The notes beneath the pieces were generated by a model. The model worked only from the letters and a program-made list of their open reading frames with translations. It did no database searches and was not told where the DNA came from. From Mobula hypostoma (lineage: Eukaryota): a DNA stretch of 64,000 nucleotides. Position 1 is the first letter of the stretch; each line of letters opens with the position of its first letter. Location of the stretch: the NCBI RefSeq assembly GCF_963921235.1, contig NC_086097.1, forward strand, positions 147,128,001 through 147,192,000, written 5' to 3'. The position numbers and the translations under genes were made by a program. Below are positions 11,111 to 23,665 of the stretch, piece by piece.

Positions 11111-13213
11111 TACAACAATTATACAACAATTGTTCATCCCAGTTTGGCAAAAGAATAAATCAAGGAAGGTAGTGCACCCGTGGCTGACAAGAGAAATTAG
11201 GGATAGTATCAATTCCAAAGAAGTAGCATACAAATTAGCCAGAGAAAGTGGCTCACCTGAGGACTGGGAGAAATTCAGAGTTCAGCAGAGGAGGACAAAG
11301 GGCTTAATTAGGAAGGGGAAAAAAGATTATGAGAGAAAACTGGCAGAGAACATAAAAACGGACTGTAAAAGCTTTTATAGATATGTAAAAAGGAAAAGAC
11401 TGATAAAGACAAATGTAGGTCCCCTGCAAACAGAAACAGGTGAATTGATTATGGGGAGCAAGGACATGGCAGACCAATTGAATAATTACTTTGGTTCTGT
11501 CTTCACTAAGGAGGACATAAATAATCTTCCAGAAATAGTAAGGGACAGAGGGTCCAGTGAGATGGAGGAACTGAGCGAAATACATGTTAGTAGGGAAGTG
11601 GTGTTAGGTAAATTGAAGGGATTGAAGGCAGATAAATCCCCAGGGCCAGATGGTCTGCATCCCAGAGTGCTTAAGGAAGTGGCCCAAGAAATAGTGGATG
11701 CATTAGTGATAATTTTTCAAAACTCGTTAGATTCTGGACTAGTTCCTGAGGATTGGAGGGTGGCTAATGTAACCCCACTTTTTAAAAAAGGAGGGAGAGA
11801 GAAACCGGGGAATTATAGGCCGGTTAGCCTAACGTCGGTGGTGGGGAAACTGCTGGAGTCAGTTATCAAGGATGTGATAACAGCACATTTGGAAAGCGGT
11901 GAAATGATCGGACAAAGTCAGCATGGATTTGTGAAAGGAAAATCATGTCTGACGAATCTCATAGAATTTTTTGAGGATGTAACTAGTAGAGTGGATAGGG
12001 GAGAACCAGTGGATGTGGTATATTTGGATTTTCAAAAGGCTTTTGACAAGGTCCCACATAGGAGATTAGTGTGCAAACTTAAAGCACACGGTATTGGGGG
12101 TAAGGTATTGGTGTGGGTGGAGAATTGGTTAGCAGACAGGAAGCAAAGAGTGGGAATAAACGGGACCTTTTCAGAATGGCAGGCGGTGACTAGTGGGGTA
12201 CCGCAAGGCTCAGTGCTGGGACCCCAGTTGTTTACAATATATATTAATGACTTGGATGAGGGAATTAAATGCGGCATCTCCAAGTTTGCGGATGACACGA
12301 AGCTGGGTGGCAGTGTTAGCAGTGAGGAGGATGCTAAGAGGATGCAGGGTGACTTGGATAGGTTGGGTGAGTGGGCAAACTCATGGCAGATGCAATTTAA
12401 TGTGGATAAATGTGAAGTTATCCACTTTGGTGGCAAAAATAGGAAAACAGATTATTATCTGAATGGTGGCCGATTAGGAAAAGGGGAGGTGCAACGAGAC
12501 CTGGGTGTCATTATACACCAGTCATTGAAAGTGGGCATGCAGGTACAGCAGGCGGTGAAAAAGGCGAACGGTATGCTGGCATTTATAGCGAGAGGATTCG
12601 AGTACAGGAGCAGGGAGGTACTACTGCAGTTGTACAAGGCCTTGGTGAGACCACACCTGGAGTATTGTGTGCAGTTTTGGTCCCCTAATCTGAGGAAAGA
12701 CATCTTTGCCATAGAGGGAGTACAAAGAAGGTTCACCAGATTGATTCCTGGGATGGCAGGTCTTTCATATGAAGAAAGACTGGATGAACTGGGCTTGTAC
12801 TCGTTGGAATTTAGAAGATTGAGGGGGGATCTGAATGAAACGTATAAGATCCTAAAGGGATTGGACAGGCTAGATGCAGGAAGATTGTTCCCGATGTTGG
12901 GGAGGTCTAGAACGAGGGGTCACAGTTTGAGGATAGAGGGGAAGCCTTTTAGGACCGAGGTTAGGAAAAACTTCTTCACACAGAGAGTGGTGAATCTGTG
13001 GAATTCTCTGCCACAGCAAACTGTTGAGGCCAGTTCATTAGCTATGTTTAAAAGGAAGTTAGATATGGCCCTTGTGGCTACAGGGGTCAGGGGGTATGGA
13101 GGGAAGGCTGGGTTCTGAGTTGGATGATCAGCCATGATCATAATAAATGGCGGTGCAGGCTCGAAGGGCCGAATGGCCTACTCCTGCACCTATTTTCTAT
13201 GTTTCTATGTTTC
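11111..13213 (+). mobile_element. Young 5'-truncated CR1 (HER1-like) LINE nested in L1
   Basis: Uninterrupted RT frame; 3'UTR GGCTCGAAGGGCCGAATGGCCTACTCCTGC followed by a (TTTCTATG)n tail. The L1 peptide 'VVAIIYN|IIMNLCPDAS' resumes on the far side. Confidence 0.96.
11130..13118 (+). CDS. CR1 ORF2 reverse transcriptase (662-aa open frame, endonuclease missing)
   Basis: KSPGPDG, NYRPVSLTS, YLDFQKAFDKVPH, SGVPQGSVLGP, KFADDTK and RPHLEYCVQFWSP. The start is a truncation point, so it is probably not translated. Confidence 0.9.
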   Translation: MFIPVWQKNKSRKVVHPWLTREIRDSINSKEVAYKLARESGSPEDWEKFRVQQRRTKGLIRKGKKDYERKLAENIKTDCKSFYRYVKRKRLIKTNVGPLQTETGELIMGSKDMADQLNNYFGSVFTKEDINNLPEIVRDRGSSEMEELSEIHVSREVVLGKLKGLKADKSPGPDGLHPRVLKEVAQEIVDALVIIFQNSLDSGLVPEDWRVANVTPLFKKGGREKPGNYRPVSLTSVVGKLLESVIKDVITAHLESGEMIGQSQHGFVKGKSCLTNLIEFFEDVTSRVDRGEPVDVVYLDFQKAFDKVPHRRLVCKLKAHGIGGKVLVWVENWLADRKQRVGINGTFSEWQAVTSGVPQGSVLGPQLFTIYINDLDEGIKCGISKFADDTKLGGSVSSEEDAKRMQGDLDRLGEWANSWQMQFNVDKCEVIHFGGKNRKTDYYLNGGRLGKGEVQRDLGVIIHQSLKVGMQVQQAVKKANGMLAFIARGFEYRSREVLLQLYKALVRPHLEYCVQFWSPNLRKDIFAIEGVQRRFTRLIPGMAGLSYEERLDELGLYSLEFRRLRGDLNETYKILKGLDRLDAGRLFPMLGRSRTRGHSLRIEGKPFRTEVRKNFFTQRVVNLWNSLPQQTVEASSLAMFKRKLDMALVATGVRGYGGKAGF

Positions 13214-14684
13214 TATATATAATATAATTATGAATTTATGTCCCGATGCTTCTAATAAAATTAAAGCTGACTGGGAAAGAGAATTTAAGATTAATATACC
13301 CATTGAAAAATGGGAAAAAAATTCTTCAGTTGGTTAATTCATCCTCTATATGTGCTAAACATGTGTTAATACAGTTTAAAGTAGTGCACAGGACTCATAT
13401 GTCCAAAGATAAACTATCTCGTTATTATTCTTATATTAATCCAATATGTGACAGATATCATTCTGAGATGGCTTCTTTAACCCACATGTTTTGGTCATGT
13501 CCTTTGCTGGAAAAATATTGGAAAGATATTTTTGATATTATTTCAATGGTCTTGAATATAGACGTACAACTTCATCCAGTTACTGCTATCTTTGGATTAC
13601 CAATGATAGATTCAAATTATTTAACCTCTTCGTCCCGTAGGATGATTACATTTCTTACTTTAATGGCTAGAAGATCCATTCTGTTGAATTGGAAAGAGAT
13701 TAACCCTCCTACTGTATTTCATTGTTTTTCACAAACTATGGTGTGTTTGAATTTGGAAAAAATTAGAAGTGTGGTTTATGACCCTTCCATTAAGTTTGAA
13801 AAAACTTGGAGGCCATTCATTCAGCATTTTCATTTGATGTAATTTGATCATTTCCAAACTTGTTTTATCTCTCTGTACTGCTGGTTGAGAGGAATGGAGT
13901 CGTCGACACTAAGGTTTTCTTCTTTCCCATTTTTAAGTTGTTAGTACTGTCCAAGTCTTTTAGTTTAGTTGATTAATTCTGTTTAGTTTTTTTTGGGGAA
14001 TGGGGTTTGTTTTTTTTTAATTTTTTTTTCTTTTTCATGTTTTTTTTCCCTTTTTTTTTGCTTTGTATTATTCATTGTTAGTTTTACACGATTGGGAGCT
14101 TTGTTAATTTACACTGTTTGGTCTTACAATTACTTATTTTAAGTGTAACAATATATCTCCTATTTGTATTATTGCTATGTTTTGTTTCTATATTATGAAA
14201 TTAATAAAAAGATTGAAAAAGAAAGAAAGACGTGTAGAGTCTCAATCTCACCCATAACCAATCAAGAAAAGTGGGTGAAAGAAGAACATGCAAAATGTAC
14301 ATTTTTACCCTCATTTATGTTGTTACCTGGGCATTATTCTATCTCAATGGACATACAGCCATTGTATTCTCTGACAATGTTTTCATAGGGTCAACCGAGT
14401 TCATCATGGGACCAACATTCAACAGAACACAATATTAAAAAAAGAATGGAATAAGTACTTGGACACTGGAACCCTTCCAATTAACAGAGCCAGGACAGTC
14501 TGCACTGCTCTTTCATTACATGTGCTTATGTTGCTTGAAATTGTATCAGAAGATCTGAATTATTCATTGTCAGAATAGGTAGTGCAATGATATTGGATTT
14601 GCAGACCTAACTTCTAAACTCAAAGATCTTAAGTCCTATAAATAGCCATGAGTACTTTCAATATAGGGAGATTATACTGTAATT

Positions 14685-15060
14685 AAAGGTTCAAAGGTCC
14701 AATTTAATGTCAGAGAAATGTATACAATATACATCCTGAAATGCTTTTTCTTTGCAAACATCCATGAAAACAGAGGACTGCCCCAAAGAATGGATGACAG
14801 TTCAGAACCCCCAAGTCCCCCCTCCAGCTCCCCTCCCTCCCGCGTGTAAACGGCAGCAAGCAATGATCCCCCCTCCCCCCACCAGCAAAGAAAAGCATCA
14901 GCACCCACCAACAAGCGCTCAAGCATGAGCAAAGTCATAGCAAAGACACAGACTTGCAGTTACCCCAAAGACTTCGCGTTTCACCGGGTATTCGAGATAC
15001 CACATGCGCTCTCTCTCTCTCTCTCTCTCTCCTGAATAAGGGAGAAGGAGGTGTCTCTGT
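14685..15060 (-). repeat. Non-autonomous retroposon fragment (LINE-type 3' tail) with a (CT)n tract at ~15009-15031
   Basis: Minus strand ends ...CTGACATTAAATTGGACCTTTGAACC, a tail-like end; family not resolved. Confidence 0.5.
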
Positions 15061-15569
15061 TTTATCCAATCTTCAAAGATTACTTCACTTCCCTGTTTAT
15101 TCTCCATGCTAAGTTTAGCTGCCAATACCCACTACCTGAGCAGTGGATCCCCTCCCCTAAAAGGAGAAGGTACTTCCAGCCAACAAATTAGTTTAAAACA
15201 CGGTTCATTTATTTCCAGCAACACAAGTTTAGATCCAAACAATACTCTCAAAACACTTTTAAAACTTTCAGAGGATTTCTATCTTAAATACATCCAAATT
15301 ACAAACCATTTCTAACACATAACAACAAAGGATTTCCAAACACATCCAATTCTTATAAACTAAAAATACAAACCCACAATGCAATTGAATAAGATGCCCA
15401 TTGTAGAAACAGAAGCTGGAGTTCACTCAGTGTTTCTTCCATGATTATTGATGCCCTTTAGCCTATTCCTAATAAGCCTGAATCTCTCTACATTTATACC
15501 ATTTTTCTTCCATTTGGGTGACTTCACACACAGATGATATTTCTTCAGATATCCTAAATCCAATCTACT

Positions 15570-16142
15570 GCAAACTGCCAAATCATGGGAGATGAGGGTC
15601 GATGTGAAGAAGAAGCTGTAGTTCCCAGAGTTGGTGCAAACCACACTTTGACAACTGTGGTCCACCGAAGACAAGCAACTCATCCAGGTGGAGCTCACAG
15701 TGCCATGGGAGGAAGGATATGAAGAGGCACACAAAAGGAAAGCCCTGAAGTACCAGGCCTTGGTCCAGTAGTGCAGGGACAAAGGATCACAGATATGGCT
15801 ATAGAGATTGTCTGTAGAGGGTTCCTATCAAGGTTGGCATGGAGGTTGCAGTCTGCGCTGGGCCTTGATGAAAAGAGCAATGACCAAGCAGCTCACAGGA
15901 TGGGGGAGGAAGCAGAAAGACCCTCTTGCTGGATATGGAGTAGGAGAGAGGTGTTGAACTGAAAGTCAGGAGCAGATGGGCAGTGACTTGGCCACCACTG
16001 CTGACCTGCCAACTGGAGAGTGTAGTGGTTAAGGGTGAAACACTTGTTGAAGATTGGGCACCACCTAACGACATCTGCTCCTGGCCAGGGGATATGGCTA
16101 TCTCATCAGGTAACTGAAGAGAGCACCCTGGTGTATGATGCA
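15570..16142 (+). mobile_element. Hero-clade (R2 group) non-LTR retrotransposon 3' fragment with restriction-like endonuclease
   Basis: Translates as 'WEMRVDVKKKL*FPELVQTTL..LWSTEDKQLIQVELTVPWEEGYEEAHKRKALKYQAL..IEIVCRGF'; ELTVPWE...K..KY and E..CRGF are typical of this RLE. Confidence 0.75.
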
Positions 16143-18004
16143 AGTAAGCAAATGGTCTGAAAGCATCTTCTGAGACACAGTTAGCAGCTACCTTCCATTA
16201 ATCCTGGGAAACTAACTTTGTTGAGTACATAAAATTCCAACTATAAGCACATCAGTTATTGATATGCTATTCATCTGTTTTGTAAGCTTCATTGTACTAT
16301 GTAACTTAAGAGTCGGCTTGTCTGCTTGAAATAACCCAAATTAAACAACCTATTGTCTTATCCTGTAGCTTTGAGCAGCAATAAAGCAGGTGCAGTGAGC
16401 TAGCATTTGATTTTCCACAGATAAAGTGTCTACAAAATACAGAGCTTGTTTGCAAAGCTATTTTATACAGAGTGCTTGTTTTAATTTTAAGCTGATTACT
16501 ACTTTTCATTTACATTTTAAGAACTGATTACAGACTTGCATTTATGACCAGAAACTAAACAAACTACTAGTACTTGGAAGATTTGCTTACATCTATTTGG
16601 TATCTTACAGTTGCTGTGTTTAGACAGTTGAGATTAGTAATCAATCAAGGAGTAAATATCCATTACAGTAGCAGGTTCATTGGTACAGCCCCACACCAAT
16701 TTCTCAAGCTCTCCATCCATTTGATCTCAACAAACTTCATTTTTAATTAAATTTGTACTTTATCTGTTCCACCCTCCACCCAGTATATAATTGATGAAGA
16801 TTTTTATGGTTTGTTTTATGAGAAGCAATGGTAAATTAATTTGTCAAGAAGTTATCATGTCAGATCACAAAATAAAAAGAAATTTGCAATTTGGCTCTTC
16901 TAATTTGTGGAATTTTATTTGTTGAATTTTTGTTTGCACTGCAGGCTGTACATACTGAAAAATAGAATATATTCACATTGTGCAATCAATAATGTCCAGT
17001 CTGATCAGATGCAATAGAGTACAATTAGATACAAAATAGATCATTTCCCCCAAGAAATGTATTTCCATAGAGTTACCATACTTCATATTAACCTCAGTGT
17101 ACAATACTCCCTTCCAAATTCATTCATTTTCAGAGACACAATAACAGACACTGGTGATACTACACAGTGCAACTTCCATATTGATCTGGGTTGAATTTCT
17201 AGACATTTCTAGTTATATTTCCAGATCAGAATTGACAGAGTAGACGGATTTTTAAAAAATCTAATCAATCTAGCAGTGAAAGTGGTGACATTGGTCCAAA
17301 TAACATCAAAGAAGGGGAGCTGGGAGTGCGTGAGCAATGTTCAAAAAGGTCAACTGCATAAACAGCAAATTTCTGCATTGCCTATTTAAATGTCATAAGG
17401 ACACCACAAGCAATTGGAAACATAATGCACTCATAAAATTATGCAGACCCAGATTGTTTGTCACCCATAATGATGTTCATCAGCTGACATGCTAAAAGCA
17501 TAGATTTCCTGTGTAACACTGTCATGAGAAAAATCAATCAGCACCCAAGGGAATATAGTGTGCTTTCACCGAAGAAGTAACTATTGTTCGAAATGTGCAT
17601 CCCTCTTTCTGCACTGTCTGAGTGTTTACGCAATGTATTCAAATACTCAAAAATCACATGGTGGATGTAGATTGAGAATACCCTTTTCTTCACTGGATCT
17701 CAACTTTACAGAAACCTCTGATTTTTCCATTATAGTAATAATGGTTATTTGAACTGAAGAAAACATCACCTTCCCTTATTTTCTGATGTGAAAAGGTATC
17801 ATCATTGATATATTGGAGTCATGCTGCAGGCTAATGACAAAAGTCCTATTTAGTAAGTTTACTATCTGACCTCAAAAGCAGAAATGTGAACAACACATCA
17901 ACTTTCTACTAAGTGAGCTCAGTGTTGAAATTGAAGAGGTAGTGAGGCTCCCTGTGACTAACAAGTAACTTTCACAGCAGCTGTAGACAGTCACTCAGGT
18001 AGTA

Positions 18005-18180
18005 AATCAAAAATAAAAACAGATAATGCTTGATACACACAACGGGTCAGGCAGCTTCAATGAAAGAGGAATGGTCAATATTTCAGGTCCAGGACCATCA
18101 GTCAGAAATTCCAGAAATATCACCTGCTTTCCCAATATTTTATGTTTTAATTTTAAATTTCTAGCATTTGTAGTTTTTGA
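18005..18180. repeat. Old Penelope-derived inverted-repeat relic
   Basis: Degenerate similarity to both arms of the 58593-58824 element. Confidence 0.4.
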
Positions 18181-19876
18181 ACTTCATTTACTAGTATGTC
18201 AAAGGTTACTGTCTGACTTATACCACTCTGCCAAAAGCCAAATACTAATGAACTTGTGCGATTTTAAGAACTTCACATAGCTGCTTTTGATACCTTATGC
18301 CTACAAACTAAAGTCAGTGGAAATGTTTATTCCTATGTACAGAATTTAAATAATTTAAACAATATTATAATTGCCAAATGATCTCTTACATTTAATTAAG
18401 TATGAAATATTTCAACTTTAAATATAGATTTCAAAATATAAAGGAATTTCAATTTCACTTTCTCTTTGAACATTTTCCCCTTATCCAATCTTTCTTTCCC
18501 CCGTTCATTATTTGACATGGATTCCATAGTCCGACCATCCTGAATCAGATATTGGTTTGCTCATTAATTAGTTTTTTAAAAAATTTGATTTGTTAATGAG
18601 ATGCCGAGTTGTTTATCCAGGTTTCCCTGGATGAAATGTTTTACAGAGGGCGCCACACTTCATTAACTATTGAATGAATGGATCTTCCGGTTCTTATGCC
18701 CATGAATTGTCAATGTGATGCAAATGCAGGTGTTACAAAGATCAGTTGCTGTTTATACACTGCTGACTATAATCTCTGGCTATTTGCTTCTCTATCTGGT
18801 TTAGCTGTGAGGAAAATCACAAATAAGCATAACACGCATTCACTTTGTCTTTAAAATGGGATTGATGTTGAGTGGTTTTAAAGACAGCATCACAGACGTC
18901 ACATATTCCCTGCCAAATGTACAAGCAACTGCTGGCAGTGATCAGCATAAGGATGGAAGTTTGAGAAACTTGAGCAAGAACGTAACCTTCTCTCATCAGC
19001 ACGCATGAAATCATGACCACACACACTGCAGTGTTGTTTCAGAATGTGGCCGCGTGGCCTTCCGTTGCACTCTGGCTGTGGCTTCAAAGTGTGCTGGCGC
19101 TGCAACTTGATGCATTAGATGTAAATGAACTTACACTCGATTGGCAAATGCAAATCAGGAGGTCATAATAATAGCAGAGAAAAAGCAGCTGCATTTATTA
19201 TTGATGCATGTGGAAATCAATGGCCAGAGACTATGGAGAGTGATGAAAATTCATTGTGACGTGACAATTGCCAAGTACAAAAATAATAGTGTCTTGCGTG
19301 CTGCCCAGGGGATTAAAAGATTGTTGAAGATCAAATAGTATTCGAATAGATGATCAGTTTACTATTAGGACAAATACTTGTCAATTCACTGATCACTCAC
19401 ACCAAATTACCTTAGATCAAGGTAATTATGCACTAATGTAAACACTAACAAAATTGAAAACATTACAGTATTTTGCTTTTTTTTATAGGTCTCATTGTGC
19501 TAGTTAACTATCTTCAGGGTACATTGGAAAGACCTGGGGTTTACATTTATCCTTCGAGTGACACAGACTTTCACTTAACATCACATCATTTGTCATCTTC
19601 AGAGAGTTGTCACTGGTGTCACTTTTCCATTATTGAAAATGTTTGTCTTTTTTAATTATGAACTTTCACACCACTATGTCTCATGAGGCTGGGGTTTTTC
19701 ATGGGCTGTTTTCATGGTGTTTACAGTTTGTTTCAGACCAGGAAATCATCATAACCAGTTTAATGCTATTTGTTTGCAAACACATGGCTATAATTCAAGT
19801 ACGCTAGTGTGACATGGTAGTGAAAACAGACTCAGATAAATGTATGTTGATAATTCAGCTAACCACCACATTATGT

Positions 19877-20764
19877 TGTGACGAGAATACACATAGATTA
19901 AGATGTTAGCTGTCCTGTGCTGGCACCAGTGGGATCAGCAGTTGGTCTGCCACCTGTCTTCAGGAGAGAGAGAGATAAGGAAAACAATGGAGCAGCATTT
20001 GGAGATGTTAATGAAGGGACGGGAGAGAGTAACGGAAGGAGAGCTGTCAAGATCGGCTCCCCCTTTGAACCCTGAACTGTTTGAAGTGATGGACAGGCGA
20101 TACCCCAGCAGGGGGATAAAAGGAGACAGGTTCGCTAAGGCAGGACACACGACACCCCGAGGTAACGAGACTCTGGAAGCGGTGCGTCTCTCACAAGTCG
20201 GTGGGAAGTTTTGGACGGCTGGTCGCGGGACAAGCCATAGACGCACAGGGTGGAAAGGCACGATCGGCGGGAACCTGGTGTGTGTCCACCCTTGCCTGGG
20301 TGCCAGGTCCACCGCAGAGAAACGATCGTATCTGGAAACGGAGGGGTCACGGTCGGTGACCTCAGATGACATCACAAAGGACTTGCCCGAAAGCTGACTG
20401 CGAAGGTCTGTGTGTGGAAGCCGTTTTGAATATTCATTCGTTTTGCTCTCTCTCTCCTTCCCCCCACTGTCCATCGCCACGGCAGCGATTACTGCGAACT
20501 GAACTGAACTATTGAACTGAACTTTGCATCACTTTGAAACTGGTCATTTACCCCTAGACAACTATAGAGCTTGATTGATCCTGTTATCTTAATTCTGTGT
20601 ACAAGTGTGTTTATCATTGCTGAACTGTTGCATTTATTACCCTTTTGATTAGAGTACTGTGTTGCTTGTTTCTTTAATAAAACTTTCTTAGTTCTAGTAA
20701 TCCAGACTCCAACTGAGTGATCCATTTCTGCTGGTTTGGCAACCCAGTTACGGGGTACGTAACA
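19877..20764 (+). mobile_element. Solo LTR (888 bp, probably Gypsy) with 4-bp TSD
   Basis: TGTGACG...CGTAACA termini; ATGT at 19873-19876 and 20765-20768; AATAAA at ~20676; CpG-rich relative to its flanks. Confidence 0.9.
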
Positions 20765-21364
20765 ATGTCAGAGAATACAATTATTCATTTATGCATTATA
20801 TGTAGAATAAGGGACACATGAGATCAATATAGAGTCAAAAATCTCAGATAAAATTAACTCCTTGTTTGGAAGGCAGTTATGATGTAACAGTCATGATGTC
20901 AAGTAGATAGTTAACGGGAATGAAGCAATGTTTAATTCAGCCATGTGTCAGAATTAAATACTTCCCAGCAGATGTTAAAATATAAGGTGCCAAGTAAAGC
21001 TTTGATCTCCACTCTCTCACTTACATACCTCAGCCCCAAAACTTCTTTTTCCTTTAGTTTCCACCCGTAATATTCTTTCAAAAAATATTATCAATCAAAT
21101 GTTGATTAGTCTGTGTGAGGAAGTATTTTGTGTAGTACTCTAAGCTCGAAAAAAACTAAAAGGATGTTCACCGAATTCACAGCAATAGTTCTCAGGAATA
21201 CTGGCCTGTCACCACTATTATCAAAGATGATTCTGCATATAGAGGTTCTGTTTATATTAAGTGGGATGATTATTTCCCTTGACTAGAGGAATATGCTTCT
21301 CAAGATGAGCGTTATTGGAATTGGTGGGATTACTTAGTAGGAACTAGCTTGGAACTGGTAAAAT

Positions 21365-21590
21365 CATAGGATCATAAGACATAGGAGCAGAATTAGGCCA
21401 TTTGGCTCCTCGAGTCTGCTCCTCCATTCCATTATGGATGATTTATTATCCCTCTCAATCCCATTCTCCTGCCTTCTCCTTGTAACCTTTGATGGTCTGA
21501 CTAATCAAGAACCTGTCAACCTCCACTTTAAATTTCCTCAATGAGTTGGCCTCCACGACCATCTGTGGTAATGAATTCCACAGATTCACA
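21365..21590 (-). mobile_element. CR1 3' end
   Basis: CATAAGACATAGGAGCAGAATTAGGCCATT is the reverse complement of the CR1 tail. A short plus-strand CR1 piece follows (~21591-21710). Confidence 0.85.
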
Positions 21591-22069
21591 TATGATTGGA
21601 CTGGGGATAGTGCACAGGTTTAAGGGAAAGAGAAAGATTAGAGAGGATCTGTTTTTTTTAACCAGAGTGCTTGGAATCTGGAAAGCACTGTCTGAGGAGG
21701 TCATCCAGCCCATCTCATGAACTGTCATAGCACAGCTGTCAGTGGATCAAATGCAGAGGAATAAGTTTAGAATCTGATTGAAGGATTTGTTTCCACATTG
21801 AATACATTTATGGATCTATGGATTTATAAAAAGAGAGAAAGAATTAATATGTTTTCAGTCTCCAGACTATTGTATGGGTAGAAATTGACTGAATATAATG
21901 GTTTATGACAAAGGAACTATAAGACATTCTTACATACATGAAAATTTACATTATATTATAACAAAGGAGTAATTATGCATTTTAACTCATTAATGTGTGA
22001 TACTAATTCAACCGTGGGATTAAAAAATCTGACCCATAAAATATTGTATGTAAAAAGATACTATGTTAC

Positions 22070-22535
22070 TGTGTTCACTGCTTGGTGGCTCTGGGCCTGA
22101 AATCACTGGTGTCTAGAAGAATGCAGGGAGAGGGGGATCTCATTGAAATCTACTGAACATTGAAAGGTCAAAATAGAGTGGATGTGGAGAGGATGTTTCC
22201 AATAATGCAAAAGGCAAGGACCAGAAAGCACAGACTCAGAATAGAAAGACACCCCTTTAAAACAGAAGGACATAAGGAACATGAAGAGGAATTTCTTTAG
22301 ACAGAAGCTGATGAATACATGGATTCTGTAGAATCATTGCCACATACAGCTGTGGAGGCTAAGTGATTCAGTATATCAAAGTGGAGGTTGGTAGGTTCTT
22401 TATTAGTAAGAGTGTCAAAGGTCATGAGGAGAAAGCAAGCGAGGGATAATAAATCTGCCGTAATTGAATGGCAGTGCAGTTTTGATGGGCTGAATGGCTT
22501 AATTCGATTTTTATGTTTAAAGTCTTGTGGTCTTA
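22070..22535 (+). mobile_element. Decayed CR1 3' end
   Basis: Similar to 12780-13200 (GGGGATCTCATTGAAA, GATGGGCTGAATGGC). Confidence 0.8.
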
Positions 22536-22689
22536 CCTCCTCATCTGAAATTTCACAGTAGTTCCATTTTCCAAAAGAAATAAAGACTACGGTTGTAAAA
22601 CGAATTCCTGGTATGCTGTGCTGAATCATGTACCAACAACACAGGCATTCTGACATATGAATTTACAATGCTTTAATATCACAAAACTC

Positions 22690-22990
22690 TTCAGCAAGAC
22701 CGGAAAGAAAAATGGCAGAAGTTAGAATAAAAGGGTAGCGGTAGAGGAAAGAGCAGAAGCTGGCAGGAAGAAGGCGAGTCTAGATGAGAGGGGAAAGATA
22801 GGCTGCTGGGATAGGGGATTGAAAGGGAATGATATGAGAAGCTAGGAGATAATAGGTAGAATAGACTAAGGGCCAAATAAGGAATCAGACAGTAGAGGAT
22901 TATGATCATGGAACAAAGGGACTGAGGTGGGGAAACAGAGTGAGGTCATATGAGTGGGGGAGGGGAAGAGAAGAAATGGAGGGGGGCACA
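22690..22990 (-). mobile_element. Penelope-like element pLTR fragment
   Basis: Purine-rich tract that is the reverse complement of the pyrimidine-rich Penelope region at 60300-60610. Confidence 0.6.
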
Positions 22991-23497
22991 GGAATGATGA
23001 TCTGCTAAAAGATGTCATCAGCCATCTTCTGTTTCTATCAAGTGGGTTGAGTTGAGCAGTGTGCGTGCTGAAGGCATGCCAACAGAGCTCAAGATGAGAA
23101 TGTGCATTTTAGGTAATTATCATGAGGACAATGGTGGAAGGAGAGTTTACTGCAATGTGCAGGTTCATGAGCAATTCATGTGCTAAAAACAAGTTGCGTT
23201 CTTTCCTGATCAATATCGGAGCAGTATATTTTGTAGATTCATAAAACAGATATAGATGATCCATTGGACTGCAGATTGTGCTAAAGACTAGCAAAAGGAT
23301 CTGTTGAAAGTGAAAAAATAATTGGGCAATAGCAAAGTTAAATGTCAGATATATCAACTTTGGAAAAAATCTTATCTCCTATGCTGATGGAATCTAAATT
23401 TATAGCATGATTTCTTGCTTAAGAAAATGTAACAATAGTCTTTCACAATGTAGATTGTCTGTTTGCTGCCTTTGGAAGAGATTTAGAATTTAGGTGG

Positions 23498-23665
23498 CAA
23501 ACACGCGGAAATCTGCAGACACTGGAAATTCAAGCTACACACACAAAAAATGCTGGTGAACGCAGCATTTGATGAAGGGTTTCGACCCAAAACGTCGACT
23601 GTACTTCTTTCTAGAGATGCTGCCTGCCTGGCTGCGTTCACCAGCATTTTTTGTGTGTGTTGCTA
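23498..23665. mobile_element. Collapsed Penelope-derived palindromic element
   Basis: Same family as 58593-58824. Inverted arms ACACACACAAAAAATGCTGGTGAACGCAGC / GCTGCGTTCACCAGCATTTTTTGTGTGTGT; one decayed hammerhead core. Confidence 0.8.

Larger units (their letters stand above)
9282..14227 (+). mobile_element. 5'-truncated L1 (RT to 3'UTR) with 15-bp TSD, interrupted by CR1
   Basis: 'GKAPGPDGF', 'RGTRQGCPLSPLLF', 'LSLYADDLLLY' (9843-10799), C-terminal ORF 13246-13842, and AATAAA plus A-rich tail at ~14203-14227. TSD AGACATGTAGAGTCT (9267-9281) / AGACGTGTAGAGTCT (14228-14242). Confidence 0.95.

Noticed and set aside
15980..16140. Hammerhead motif in the Hero 3'UTR (GAAAC, CTGAAGA)
   Set aside because: The boxes are not in a spacing that gives closing stems.
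19903..20480. 164-aa and 181-aa overlapping ORFs
   Set aside because: Inside a GC-rich solo LTR with no recognisable protein motif.
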